Below, one piece after another: positions 49,701 to 60,100 of a DNA stretch of 64,000 nt (position 1 is the first letter of the stretch; every line of letters starts with the position of its first letter). The position numbers and the translations under genes are program-made. The notes under the pieces were generated by a model, which worked only from the letters and a program-made list of their open reading frames with translations, was not told the origin of the DNA and did not search any database. Source of the DNA: Amoebophrya sp. A120 (Eukaryota > Protista > Dinoflagellata); the NCBI GenBank assembly GCA_905178155.1, contig CAJINV010000010.1:729188-793187 (forward strand), read 5' to 3'.

Positions 49701-50047
49701 CATCACAAACTCGGTTTCTTCTCGACTCAGACATATATGCAAAAATGCATACGAGTCGTCCACCGGGAGGGCCAAACCGCGAGCCGATGGCGTCGCGCGA
49801 AGACAAAAGCAAAACCACGACTTCGCGGATCAAAATCATTATCGGACGTAGTTGTGCCATTTGTAGTTGTGCAGTGGTCGTCCCTCCAATAGTTGTGGTG
49901 CAGATATGGAGGCAACACAAGCAAACGAAGAACCAAGGAGAGAACGAAGAAGGGACAACTACGATTCTTGTTCCTCCTCCACCGCACGCCAGCAGAACTA
50001 CTTTTCCAGCAGCACAGGAAAATGATCCGGACGACCACCATGATCAT
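34756..50047 (-). CDS. Gene F: very large low-complexity hypothetical protein with N-terminal hydrophobic segments, 32 introners
   Basis: Start MIMVVVRIIF at 50047; in-frame joins checked 50047 to 46171; long open exons 46171-47313, 48280-49066, 42675-43189; could be more than one gene. Confidence 0.55.
34785..35063. mobile_element. Introner family B
   Basis: DR cggcg. Confidence 0.9.
35138..35399. mobile_element. Introner family A
   Basis: DR cacgc. Confidence 0.9.
35641..35908. mobile_element. Introner family A
   Basis: DR cgggc. Confidence 0.9.
36065..36326. mobile_element. Introner family A
   Basis: DR cgtgc. Confidence 0.9.
36409..36664. mobile_element. Introner family A, diverged
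   Basis: DR tctgt/tctcc. Confidence 0.85.
36712..36922. mobile_element. Introner family D
   Basis: DR aatca. Confidence 0.9.
37301..37556. mobile_element. Introner family A
   Basis: DR atcac/ataac. Confidence 0.9.
37943..38092. mobile_element. Introner family E
   Basis: DR tgttc. Confidence 0.9.
38372..38692. mobile_element. Introner family C variant
   Basis: DR cgcgt. Confidence 0.9.
38831..39092. mobile_element. Introner family A
   Basis: DR tacgg/taccg. Confidence 0.85.
39132..39276. mobile_element. Introner family E
   Basis: DR tctgt. Confidence 0.9.
39321..39596. mobile_element. Introner family A
   Basis: DR agttc/ggttc. Confidence 0.9.
39719..39971. mobile_element. Introner family A
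   Basis: DR gacat. Confidence 0.9.
40140..40392. mobile_element. Introner family A
   Basis: DR agggc. Confidence 0.9.
40448..40774. mobile_element. Introner family C
   Basis: DR gcgct. Confidence 0.9.
40823..41033. mobile_element. Introner family D
   Basis: TAT..ACA; DR cctga. Confidence 0.85.
41160..41377. mobile_element. Diverged introner (minor family)
   Basis: TATCGTGAGAAAAGGCTGTC left end; right end approximate; DR taccc/cgccc. Confidence 0.65.
41875..42147. mobile_element. Introner family A
   Basis: DR ttcgc. Confidence 0.9.
42467..42674. mobile_element. Introner (minor family, TIR core AAAAAAGTT.GTCAC)
   Basis: DR ctcgt. Confidence 0.85.
43190..43467. mobile_element. Introner family B
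   Basis: DR ccgtc. Confidence 0.9.
43510..43788. mobile_element. Introner family B
   Basis: DR ctgct. Confidence 0.9.
43901..44166. mobile_element. Introner family A
   Basis: DR aaatc. Confidence 0.9.
44201..44345. mobile_element. Introner family E
   Basis: DR atcct/attct. Confidence 0.9.
44586..44861. mobile_element. Introner family A
   Basis: DR gactg. Confidence 0.9.
45103..45377. mobile_element. Introner family H (TIR TATAACCCGCTCA..TGTTACAA)
   Basis: DR cgcgt/gtcgt. Confidence 0.8.
45478..45746. mobile_element. Introner family A
   Basis: DR ccgcc. Confidence 0.9.
45915..46170. mobile_element. Introner family H
   Basis: DR ctcct. Confidence 0.9.
47314..47593. mobile_element. Introner family B
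   Basis: DR agttc. Confidence 0.9.
47622..47901. mobile_element. Introner family B
   Basis: DR aggtc. Confidence 0.9.
48022..48279. mobile_element. Cargo-type introner with family A ends
   Basis: Interior matches 12094-12305; DR gtaac/ggaat. Confidence 0.8.
49067..49376. mobile_element. Introner family F
   Basis: DR cctcg. Confidence 0.9.
49452..49751. mobile_element. Introner family A, degenerate
   Basis: DR cgagt. Confidence 0.85.
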
Positions 50048-50067
50048 CCTCGACAGTGTTACGGATC

Positions 50068-50160
50068 TATCAAATGCAAAACTGTCTGGGTCTGGAAGAT
50101 TGCGAGATTTGTCATGCTTGTCTGGCATGACCAAAAAGTTTGTGATGTTGCGTGTACAAA
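50068..50160. mobile_element. Truncated family A element (one end only)
   Basis: Left TIR plus ~60 nt, no right TIR; just upstream of gene F start. Confidence 0.75.
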
Positions 50161-50843
50161 TACCACAAGACGAGGCGTCGCGTACAAATACCACAAGACT
50201 AAGGCGCAGGAGCAGCTACGGGGCCAAACAGAATCACAAAGTACTACACCGAGATGAACTCCAAAAAATTTTATGACGGCCGAAAGTCAGCACTGCTTTG
50301 GCTTGCCTTCTTCGTCCGTACGAGAGAGAAACAGAAGCGAAATGATGACAGAACACGATGAACAAAAAATTTAGAGACTGTGCGAGCACTGCAACAACGT
50401 TGTGTCTTCTTGTTCCACCAGAATTGCGTACTAATCTTCTTTGATTGTCCCTTTCCGACTTCTTGCAAAAAAAGAGCTGTTATTTGCTTTACGATATTTG
50501 TTTCCTGTTGTTCCAAAAAATTCCAACTAATTACATCACCACAACGCGACGTCTGGACGTCTATAATTCGTTTACTCTCAGCCAACACTTTTCGACATGA
50601 ACGCTTATTTTGCACAATTTTATTATTCTTGAAGGTGTCCTCTTAAGTGATGGAGTGTGACGATGATTCTCATTCTTTTTGTAGTTCCTGACCTCCATGC
50701 GCGCCGGTCACCCAGTGCTAGTACTAACTAAAGTGTACTTAAATTTATTCAAAACTACCAAGCGGTGGAAAAATTAGGTATAGTAAAGCTGCTTGCTCGT
50801 CGTACTGGCGCTTTGTGACCAACTTTATTCCCGATAATTCATT

Positions 50844-51105
50844 TATCAAATGTAAAAATGTCTGGGTCTGGAAGATTCTGAGATTTGTCATGCATGTTCT
50901 GCATGACCCAGGAGGTCTGTAATGCACGACCGCGCATCACACATTTTGAGAGGGCTTCCTGATGCCTACTCCGCATGACAAACGCCCTGCCCGCGTAGCA
51001 CAAACGAGACTCCTCTTGCTGGTCATGCAATACAGATTTTGCTAGAGTCCAATGTTAGCATCACAAGTTCCAATCTTCCAGACCCAGACATTTTTACAGT
51101 TGATA
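50844..51105. mobile_element. Introner family A (directly after gene G stop)
   Basis: DR tcatt. Confidence 0.9.
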
Positions 51106-54100
51106 TCATTTTGGCATCAAATCCTCCAGCGCCGCGTCTTATCCTGAGTAAAAACGTACCCACGCCAGAGTTGTAGTGCAGATTTGCAAAGACAGGAAGA
51201 CTTGTAATGCGCATCCCCATGAGAGCCATTTCCAATCGTGTTTTGGAAATTGTGATGCTGTGAACAGGATGAGCAGATGAATCTGTGACGCGGCTGCACT
51301 TGCTAACCTGCACTACACTGCATAGTGCAACTTGTCATGCGTGACTCACAAAGCTCTTAGGTTTGTGTTGCAAAATCCTCACCCTGACTCTGGTGTGGGT
51401 ACGTTTTTACTCAGGATACGTCTAAATCGGCCATCATATCCGCTGTCATCACCCCCGCGCCTGCTACGCCATTGCTTTCCTCCCCTTATGCAGACACAAT
51501 CTCAACTGTTACAATCTCAACTGTTACGAAAGAAACGGAGATTCGTAAGGCAAGCGGTCGTGCGCGTCGATCTGGCTTAGTCACGACCCTTACAGGAGTT
51601 TATTTTAAGTATACGCATGACAAGTTCTGGAGTTGTCCCAAACTGCACTGATGGCCACCTCCAGCAAAATTTGTATTGCAGAAAGCGCAAGGCTATGTTT
51701 GTCTCTCTCCCATGCTGAACGTTTGCGAAGATTGTAAGAACTACAACTGAGCACATCATATTACCTCTTCTTCCTCTATTTTCCCCTTCTCCATTTTTTT
51801 CTCCGATGCCGCTTTCATTTGTTCGGAAAGCTGACTCGCCGGCGCCTGTACTTCTGGGAACAGCCCCTTCTGCGACGCTGTCGACAGGTCCCGGCCCCCT
51901 CCGGCAGACGCCCGGGTGGGAGTTGGGACCGCGGATTATCGCAAGAAAAAAGCGCTACAGTTACACATTGTGTCGCAGGCCAGGCAAGACAGACAAGCTC
52001 TGTCACGCCGGATATGCATAGGAGCCTCGTTTCATAGGTGTTTTCCCGTGGGATTTCTGCACTACAAGTTTTCTCTCTCATGCAGAGAAATATGTGTTGC
52101 TGAATTTTTGACTACAAATGTGTAACTGTAACACTTTTTTCTTGTGATACGGATGCAGCGCCGTCCACTGCCGGCGGAGGTGCAGCTGGCGGCACTGCCG
52201 CCGCTGCTGCGTCGGCTTGAATATCTTCAAACAGCGCGTCCTCCAGGTCTTGCTCGATGTCCATACCGTCATCCTCTTCCACGGGCGGGCCCATTGCCTC
52301 GTCCTCCTCCTCTTCCATTTCCTCCACTACCTTCTCCAGCGCCGGCGCTGGCGCTGCGGCGGCTCCTCTGGATGTTGCAGGGAACAGGTTTGATGCAGTA
52401 GAAGTTCCCGGAGTTTTACTACTTTCCCCTCCCAGACCCAGACTGCCGAACAAAGTCCCATTTTTAAGAAACCCCGCGGCCGCCCCGTGCAGTTGCGATT
52501 CGGCGCGCTGCGAGTCCAAAATAGCCTGCGACTCCTTCATTTCCTTCCGCAGTTGCGATTCCAAGCGGTTATGCAGCAACGGGTTCGACGCAATCCCCCC
52601 GCTGATCAGCTTGCTGTTGATATCGCGAGAAAAAAGTGTTACAGTTACACATTTGTTGGAGTTTCTGCATCACAAATCTTCGCTGTGTGGCAGAGAAAAC
52701 TTGTAATGCGAAGATCATAAGGGAAAACAGGAAGGAAACGAGGCTCCCAAGCATTTCCTGCATGAGAAAGGTTGTCTCTGTTGCCGGTCTTGCAACACAA
52801 TGTGTAACTATAACACTTTTTTCTTGCGATAGTTGACCACCCGGGGCGCCGTTTTCACCGCCAGGTGTTGCCCGTGATTGGCCTCCAAAAAGTCGGCCCT
52901 CCGCACCTCGCTAGCAAACTTCTCGGCGTCGGCGAGGAAAATGTCGATGTTCGTAATGTTGTCTGACAGGGGGAGGTTGCTGTAGCGGTAGGAGGAGCTG
53001 CGCTGATTCCGCAGCGAGGCCACGTTGAGGTTTTTGTGCTTCGCGGTGTTGAAAGTGCCAAAATTGAAACCGAAATTGGTACTAGCTGCATTGCCAAAGC
53101 TGGAGGAAAACGTTGCTCCAAACGCCGATTTGAAGTTGGACGAAGAACTACTGCTTGAAGACGAGGCGCTGTTGCCCGTGATGTTGCCGACGAACAACCC
53201 GGGCGCTATCAAATGCAACTATCCCTGGATGTTGTCTGGAAGGTTGCAACTTGTGATGCTGACTTCCGATTTACTGTTCTTGAAAAAAATCTGTATTGCA
53301 TGACCAGTAAAAGAGGGGGTCTAGTTCTTTGTGCTACCTGGACGACGAGAGGGCATTTCTCATGCATGAGATAAGCATCAAGAAACCCACCTGTATAGAA
53401 TCTCCGATGCTACGGCATCCATTAGAGAAACATCATGGGTGGTAATGCAAAATGTGCATCACAAGCGTAGTTGCACTTTTCCAGACCCAGGCATATCTGC
53501 ACGTGATAGGCGCCGGCGCGCTACTGCTAGACGCCGCTCCTGCGCCCGTCCCGGTGAAAACACCACTAGCAGCCGGCGCGACTCCTGCTGCTCCGAACTG
53601 CGAGCCTGCCGCTGCGAACTGGCTGATCTGCCGTTTGTATCAAATGTAAAAGTGTCTGGGTCTGGAAGAATGCGCGATTTGTCATGCCGCTTTTCCATGA
53701 CCCATGAGGTCTGGAATGCAGGACCTAGCATGACAGATTCTGCGAGACCTTTCTAATGCCTATCCTGCATGAGAAACTCCCTCGCGACTTGGTCAAAACT
53801 GCACGACTTTTGGTATTCATGCAACACAGATTTTTGCATGCTTCAGATTTTTTAGCATGACAAGTTGCATTCTTCCAGACCCAGACATTTTTACATTTGA
53901 TAGTTTGTTTTCCAGAACGATTTTGTGCAGCCTTTCCAACTCCTGCTGCCTGCTGTGAAGTTCGGAGAACGTGCATCACAGTAAAAAAAGCCCCCACCCT
54001 ACACTCAAACCGGAAATCTGTGATGCTGATTTGTGGCCACAAGGTAGCACGTTGTAGTCATGCTAGAAGAGAAAAGATGCGGACTGTATTGCTGGCTGGC

Positions 54101-57100
54101 GTAGGACGGCCTTGCATCTTGAGCATGACAGGAGGCAACTGGAAGTGGGAACCAGCATGACAATATTTGCCTGCAAACAACCACCTCCTGCGTCTCTACT
54201 TACTTGCCATTGTAGCAACACAAACCGATTTGTGTACGCAACTCCAGCATCACATATCTCCTGTCCGATATGGAAAGGGGGGACTTATCCGCAAGATAAC
54301 GTGCCCTTGGTGAAGAATTTTTCCCGCTCCTTCTCCTTGTTCAGCGTATTGGTCTATCAAATGCAAATCTGTCTGAGTCTGGAAGAGTGCATGTTTGTCA
54401 TGCTTGACTGGCATGACTCTTAAATCTGTCATGCACGTTACCCAAGAGCCCCATTTTGCTGTCATACAGAGACGCAGTTGTTTGTCATGCAGAATAGGCA
54501 AGACCTAGAAGCTCAAAAGCTTGTCATGCTGAGCCAGCACTTGTGGCCTCTTCATGATACGCCACCCAGCATCACAGGTTTCCCGACCCAGACATTTTTA
54601 CAACCCATATGGTCAGATTTTCTGCCATGCGTTTCAGCTCCTCATTCTGGTTCAGCTCGTCCTCAAGGCTCGTGCTGTTCTTTATTTTGTCCTTAGTCTT
54701 ATTTCCGACAGCACCATCGTCCTCGTCGAACAGGTCTTGTTCGTTATCCTGAGTAAAAACGTACCCACACCAGAGTTGTAATGCAAATCTGCATGCTGAA
54801 AATGTTTCTCATGCGGAGCCCCATGAGATGCATTTTCTCGTCGTGTTTTGCAATTTGTCATGCTCCAATCAGCATGGTATGCTAGGTCTGTGATGCTGCT
54901 GAGCTACCTCAAACAGTACTACACTACGAATCCAAATTTGTCATGCAAAACAGCCAAAACTTGTGGATTTGTCTAGCCGATTCCCCATCTTGACTATGGT
55001 GTGGGTACGTTTTTACTCAGGATATTCGTGGTCGGCATTAAGCTCCTCCTCCTCCTCGTTTTATAAAATGCAAATATGTCTGCGTCTGAAAAGATGCAAC
55101 TTATGATGCTGGATTTCGATTCTACAAAAAGTCTGTTTTGCATGAACGGCAAGAGAGGTCCAGTTCTTGCCACGGCGAGAGGGCATTTCTGATGCGGTAT
55201 ATGCATCAGGAAGCCCTCATACAATCTGAGATGCTAGGGCATGCATCACAGGCATCAGGAGTCATGCAAAATGTGCATGACAAACCTTGCATCTTTCCAG
55301 ACATCCAGGGATATTTGCATTTGACACGTTTCTTGCCGCCAGGAATGCGAACCCCTCCGCAATCTCCGCGTCGCCTTCCTTCTCGTCGAAGATGTCGTCC
55401 GGAAGATCCCTATGCTGTGCAAAAGTATCTTACTCGTATAAATGCAAGTCCTGCGTTACAAATCTTTTTCTTGAGGCAGATCCGCATGACAAATTCCATT
55501 TCTCATGCTAGGGAAATTTGTAATGCAATGTATACTAGTACGGTACTTCTTTTGCAATGCATAATCCCCCTCCATCTCTTTCAGCAGTTTCAGCATCTCA
55601 GGATCGTCTTCCTGTTCCTCGTCCTCGTCTATCATATTCGTGGTCTCCTGTTCGCCCTGTGCCTTTCCTAAGGGCTTGCTTTTCTTGGAAGCGGAGCCCG
55701 ATGCGGTTCCGTCCGCATCCGCGAACAGGTCGTCCAGATCGTCATCAAGAAAATTTCTCTTGGGCTGCCGGTTCAGAAAATCGATCAGGGTCTCCCGGCC
55801 GTTGCCCATAAAATCGTCCAGACACAGCTCCTCATCGAATTCTTCCCGCTGCGGTTTTTATCCTGTGTAAAAACGTCCCCACCCCAGAGCTGTCATGCAA
55901 ATGCGCAATCGCAGGAGCATCTGTAGTGCGTATCTCCATGAGAGGCATTTCCAGTAGTGTTTTGGCATTTGTAATGCAATAAACAGAATGAGTAAATGGC
56001 TTTTGCATGCGTCTTTCCTTGCTAGCCAGCACTACGCTGCAAATGGCAACTTGTCCTCTTGCAGAACTCCCAAAACTTGGGGATTTTTGTTGCAAACCTG
56101 CCTTCTTGACTATGGTGTGGGGACGTTTTTACCTAGGATAGCTTTCGCTTCCTTTTCATCTTCGCCTTGTTGCCCTTCTGTTCCTGCTCCTCCTGTTGCT
56201 TTATCTTCTTCGCCATCTTCTCATCCGCGAAGCCCTGGAGCCCCTTCTCGTCGTACGTTAACAGCTTGTTGAGCTCCCGCAAATTTTTTTTTGCTTCCTC
56301 CAAATTTTTGAACGGAAGCTTGAACGTGATGGTGGAATCTTCCAGGAGGTCATCTTCCACCTGCATCGTGTCCAGTTGCACTTTATGCATTGCAAATATG
56401 TCTGGATCTGGAAGAAGTGTGTAACTTGTCATGCTAGGTCTGCATTCTGCAAAAATCTGTGTTACATGATTACCAAAAAACGTCGGCCACTTTTGACCAA
56501 ATTGAGAGGGAGTTTCTCATGCAGGACAGGCATGATAGAGATCTCACAGTAGAATTTGTCATACTAGTTCCTGCATTCCAGACGTCATGGCTCATGGCAA
56601 TCTGCATTACAAGTCTGGCACTTTTCCAGACCCAGACATAATTGCACTTGATACACTTGCGTTTCCACCGCCGCCGTGTTGCTTTTCTTGTTCTTTTATG
56701 CATTGCAAATATGTCTGAGTCTGGAAGATGGCAACTTGTCCTGCTACCTTTGGATTCTACATAAAATCTGTATTCCATGAACAGCAAAAGAGGTTCAATT
56801 TGTGCTACGCGTGGAGGGCATTTCTCATGCGGTTTGAGCATTAGAAAGCCCTCGCAGAATCTCTGATGCTAGGGCATGCATCACAGACCTCACGGGTCAT
56901 GCAAAATCTGCATGACAAACTCCTGCATTCTTCCAGACCCAGACATGTTTGCATTTCATATCTTTCCCGCAGTGACGCGGGAAGCGTTCAGGCACTTGAG
57001 AATCTGTGGGAGACATCATCAGATGAAGAGAGGACTACATCAGAGTGAATCTATAATCACGATGAAGAAGTAGCATTTTTGTACCCGCTGCCAGCGCAGG

Positions 57101-60100
57101 ATCATTTTGTTGTCATGCTATTCACAACAGAGGCAGAGCTGTAGAAGAAAATCGTAGGCAACATTTCAAGTTCTCTGCATCACAAGAAATCGAGATGAGC
57201 AATCGAGTGAAGCTATACGTCGATGAAGCTGTTTCGGAAGCCCGGCTCCTGCATCGCAAAGTCCTGGTCGAACGTTATCGGCGTCTGTAACTGTGTCACT
57301 TCCTTCAGCTTCTTCCGAATTTTCTCCAGCATGCGCCACCGGTACTCGAATTGCGCCTTTTTGTTCGATATCCTGTGCAAAAATGTCTGGGTCTGGAAGT
57401 TTGCATCTGATTCGTCATGCTAGTCGGGCACGACTCTGCACTCTGTATTGTGTAGGTCCATCGAAACAGCCTCTCTGTCGGCTGTCAGGCAAAAACGCAG
57501 TTGCTTCTTATGCGGAATACGCAGCACAGAAGCACGAAAAATGTTGTCATGCTTGGCTGCGCATTACAGTTCAGCTATTCTTGTTCACTGACTTGCATCA
57601 CAAGTTTCCAGACCCAGACATATTTGCAATACATATTCGACTGGCTACTGTTCACCCCGCGTATCGTCGCCGTGGTTCCGAAGAAAAACCTATTGTCAGG
57701 AAAAATCCCCCGTCCCCATATCAAAACGAAATTAGTGATGCTGGCTTTGGGTACACAAATCGGAATTGTGTTCCAGTAGAGAACTAAACGCAGGCCGGAA
57801 GCCTAAGGCAGCGGTCTTTTGATGTAGGCGCCTAGTCGATGGCAGACGGCTACCCTGTAGGCCTTACAGCAATACAAACCGCCTGCGTAACGTGGCGGAC
57901 AGCCTGGCTGCGCCTTCCTGCAAGACAAATGTGATTTGTGACCTCAACTCAGCAACACAAATTTTCGGAAACATGCGTGTTCAATATGGGGAGGAGGGAT
58001 TTTTGCTCCCAATAAAACCTCGCGCATTTTTCTATCCAAGAAAAAAACTGTGTTAGTGTAACTTTCTTGAAGGAATGGCATTACAAATTTGCTCTGCATG
58101 ACAGAGAAAATCTGTCATGCGTGGCTTGTAAGGGAAAACACACATGAAACGAGGGCCGCATGGTTGTCCGGCATGACAGGTGTATCTCTGCTGCATGTTC
58201 TGCAACACAAATTTACACTTACACAGTTTTTTTCTTGCATATTTTCCGCTAGATCTTCAATCGTGAGCTTTTTCGGTGGATCGATCAAGTTCAACCCGAT
58301 CTATCAAATGTAAAAATGTCTGGGTCTGGGAACTTGTGATGCTGGGTAGCGTCTCATGATGAGGCTACAAATGCTGGCGCAGCATGACAAGTTTCTGAGC
58401 TCCTACCTGTTGCCTATTCTGCATGACAAACTGCACTTCTGCATCACAGGAAAACGCAGCTCTTGGGTAACGTGCATGACAGATTTAAGAGTCATGCCAG
58501 ACAAGCATGACAAACACTAATTCTTCCAGACCCAGACATTTTTGCAATGCATACGATCAGCCGCAGGCGGATGTCCTTTTTCGTGATGCTCAGCTCTTCC
58601 ATATTCTGAGTAAAAGCATCCCCACCCCAGAGTGTCTGTGTCATGCAAATCTGCATGACAAAAATGTTTCTGATCCGGAGCCCCATGCGAAGCTATTGCC
58701 CTTCGTGTTTTGGAGTTTGCGATGCTCAAATCAGCGCGATATGCTAGATTTGTGATCCTAGCTAAACAGGACTACACTACGGGGCCAAATTTCTTTGTCA
58801 TGCGAAACAACTAAAGCTGGTTGATTTGTCTAGCAGATTTCCCATCTTGACTCTGGTGTGGGCATGTTTTTACATAGGATATTCCACGTCCATGTCCCCG
58901 TAGATGGAGTGGAGAAGCTGCTTATCCTGTGCAAAACTATCGTACTCGTATAAATGCAAGTCTTGCATTACAAATCTTGTTCCCACGGCAGATCTGCATT
59001 GCAAATTTTATTTCTCACGCTGAGGAAATTTGTAATGCATTTATACGAGTACGATACTTTTGCAATTCATACTGCTGCTGCGTCATCGACGTGTCCTTGT
59101 ATTTCAAATACTTTTCCTTCAGCTCCTTCTCCTCCTCCTCCGTCCACTTTCGCTCATTGTGCTTCAAATCTAACTTCGCCTGTTTCAGTTCGGCCTTCAT
59201 TTCGTCGTACGTCTTTTTGTTGATCACCATGTCCTCCATCTTTTTCTTCATCACCGCGGTCTCGTAGTTTTTCAGAATCCCGTCCCAGTTTTCGTAGCTC
59301 CCCGTGAGCTATCAAATGTAAAAATGTCTGGGTCTGGAAGATTCTGAGACTTGTCATGCATGTTTTGCATGACCCAGGATGTCTTGAATGCACGACCTAG
59401 CATCACAGATTTTTAGAGGGCTTCCTGATGCCTACCCCGCATGACGAACGCCCTCCCCGCGAAGCACAAACTAGACTCCTCTTGCTGGTCATGCAGTACA
59501 GATTTCTTCAGAGACCAAAGTTAGCATCACAAGTTCCAATTCTTCCAGAGCCAGACACTTTTACATTTGATATGAGCTCATCGCGGCCCGTGGTCAGGTT
59601 CAGCAGCAGTTCGGTGATCGCGAGTTTGTTGTCCTTGTAGCATTTTAGGAACTCGTGTATGGAAGCGTCAGGATCGAATTCGTGAAAGTTGAAATAGTTT
59701 GTGATGCATAAAATGCAACGCAAAAATTGCCTCTATTGCAGAGGACGCAATGGATGCAGACTGTGAGCCTGTTGAGGGGTAGAAATTGAGCTGCTGAAGT
59801 AGCATGAAAAAAGGCGTCTTCCTTAACCAAACAGCGTTACAAACTGGATTTCAGCTCTGCCCAGATTTGTCATGCGCCACTTGAAAACTAGGCGCCAACT
59901 GGTATCCGTTTTTATGCATCACAAATTATTTCAACTCTGACGATTTTGATCCTGACACTCCCATATCGTGCAGTATCAACTTGAACAGGTGGTGGAGGTC
60001 GCGAAACATTTCCGGCCGCTCCACCACGAAGTCCGACTTTATGATCTTCTCCATCCGGGCAAAGAACCGCAGGTTGAAAAAAAGCGCGATGTTACTCGGG

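Noticed and set aside
50745-50843. Extra last exon of gene G (LLYLIFPPLGSFE*)
   Set aside because: The traced frame already stops at TGA 51106-51108
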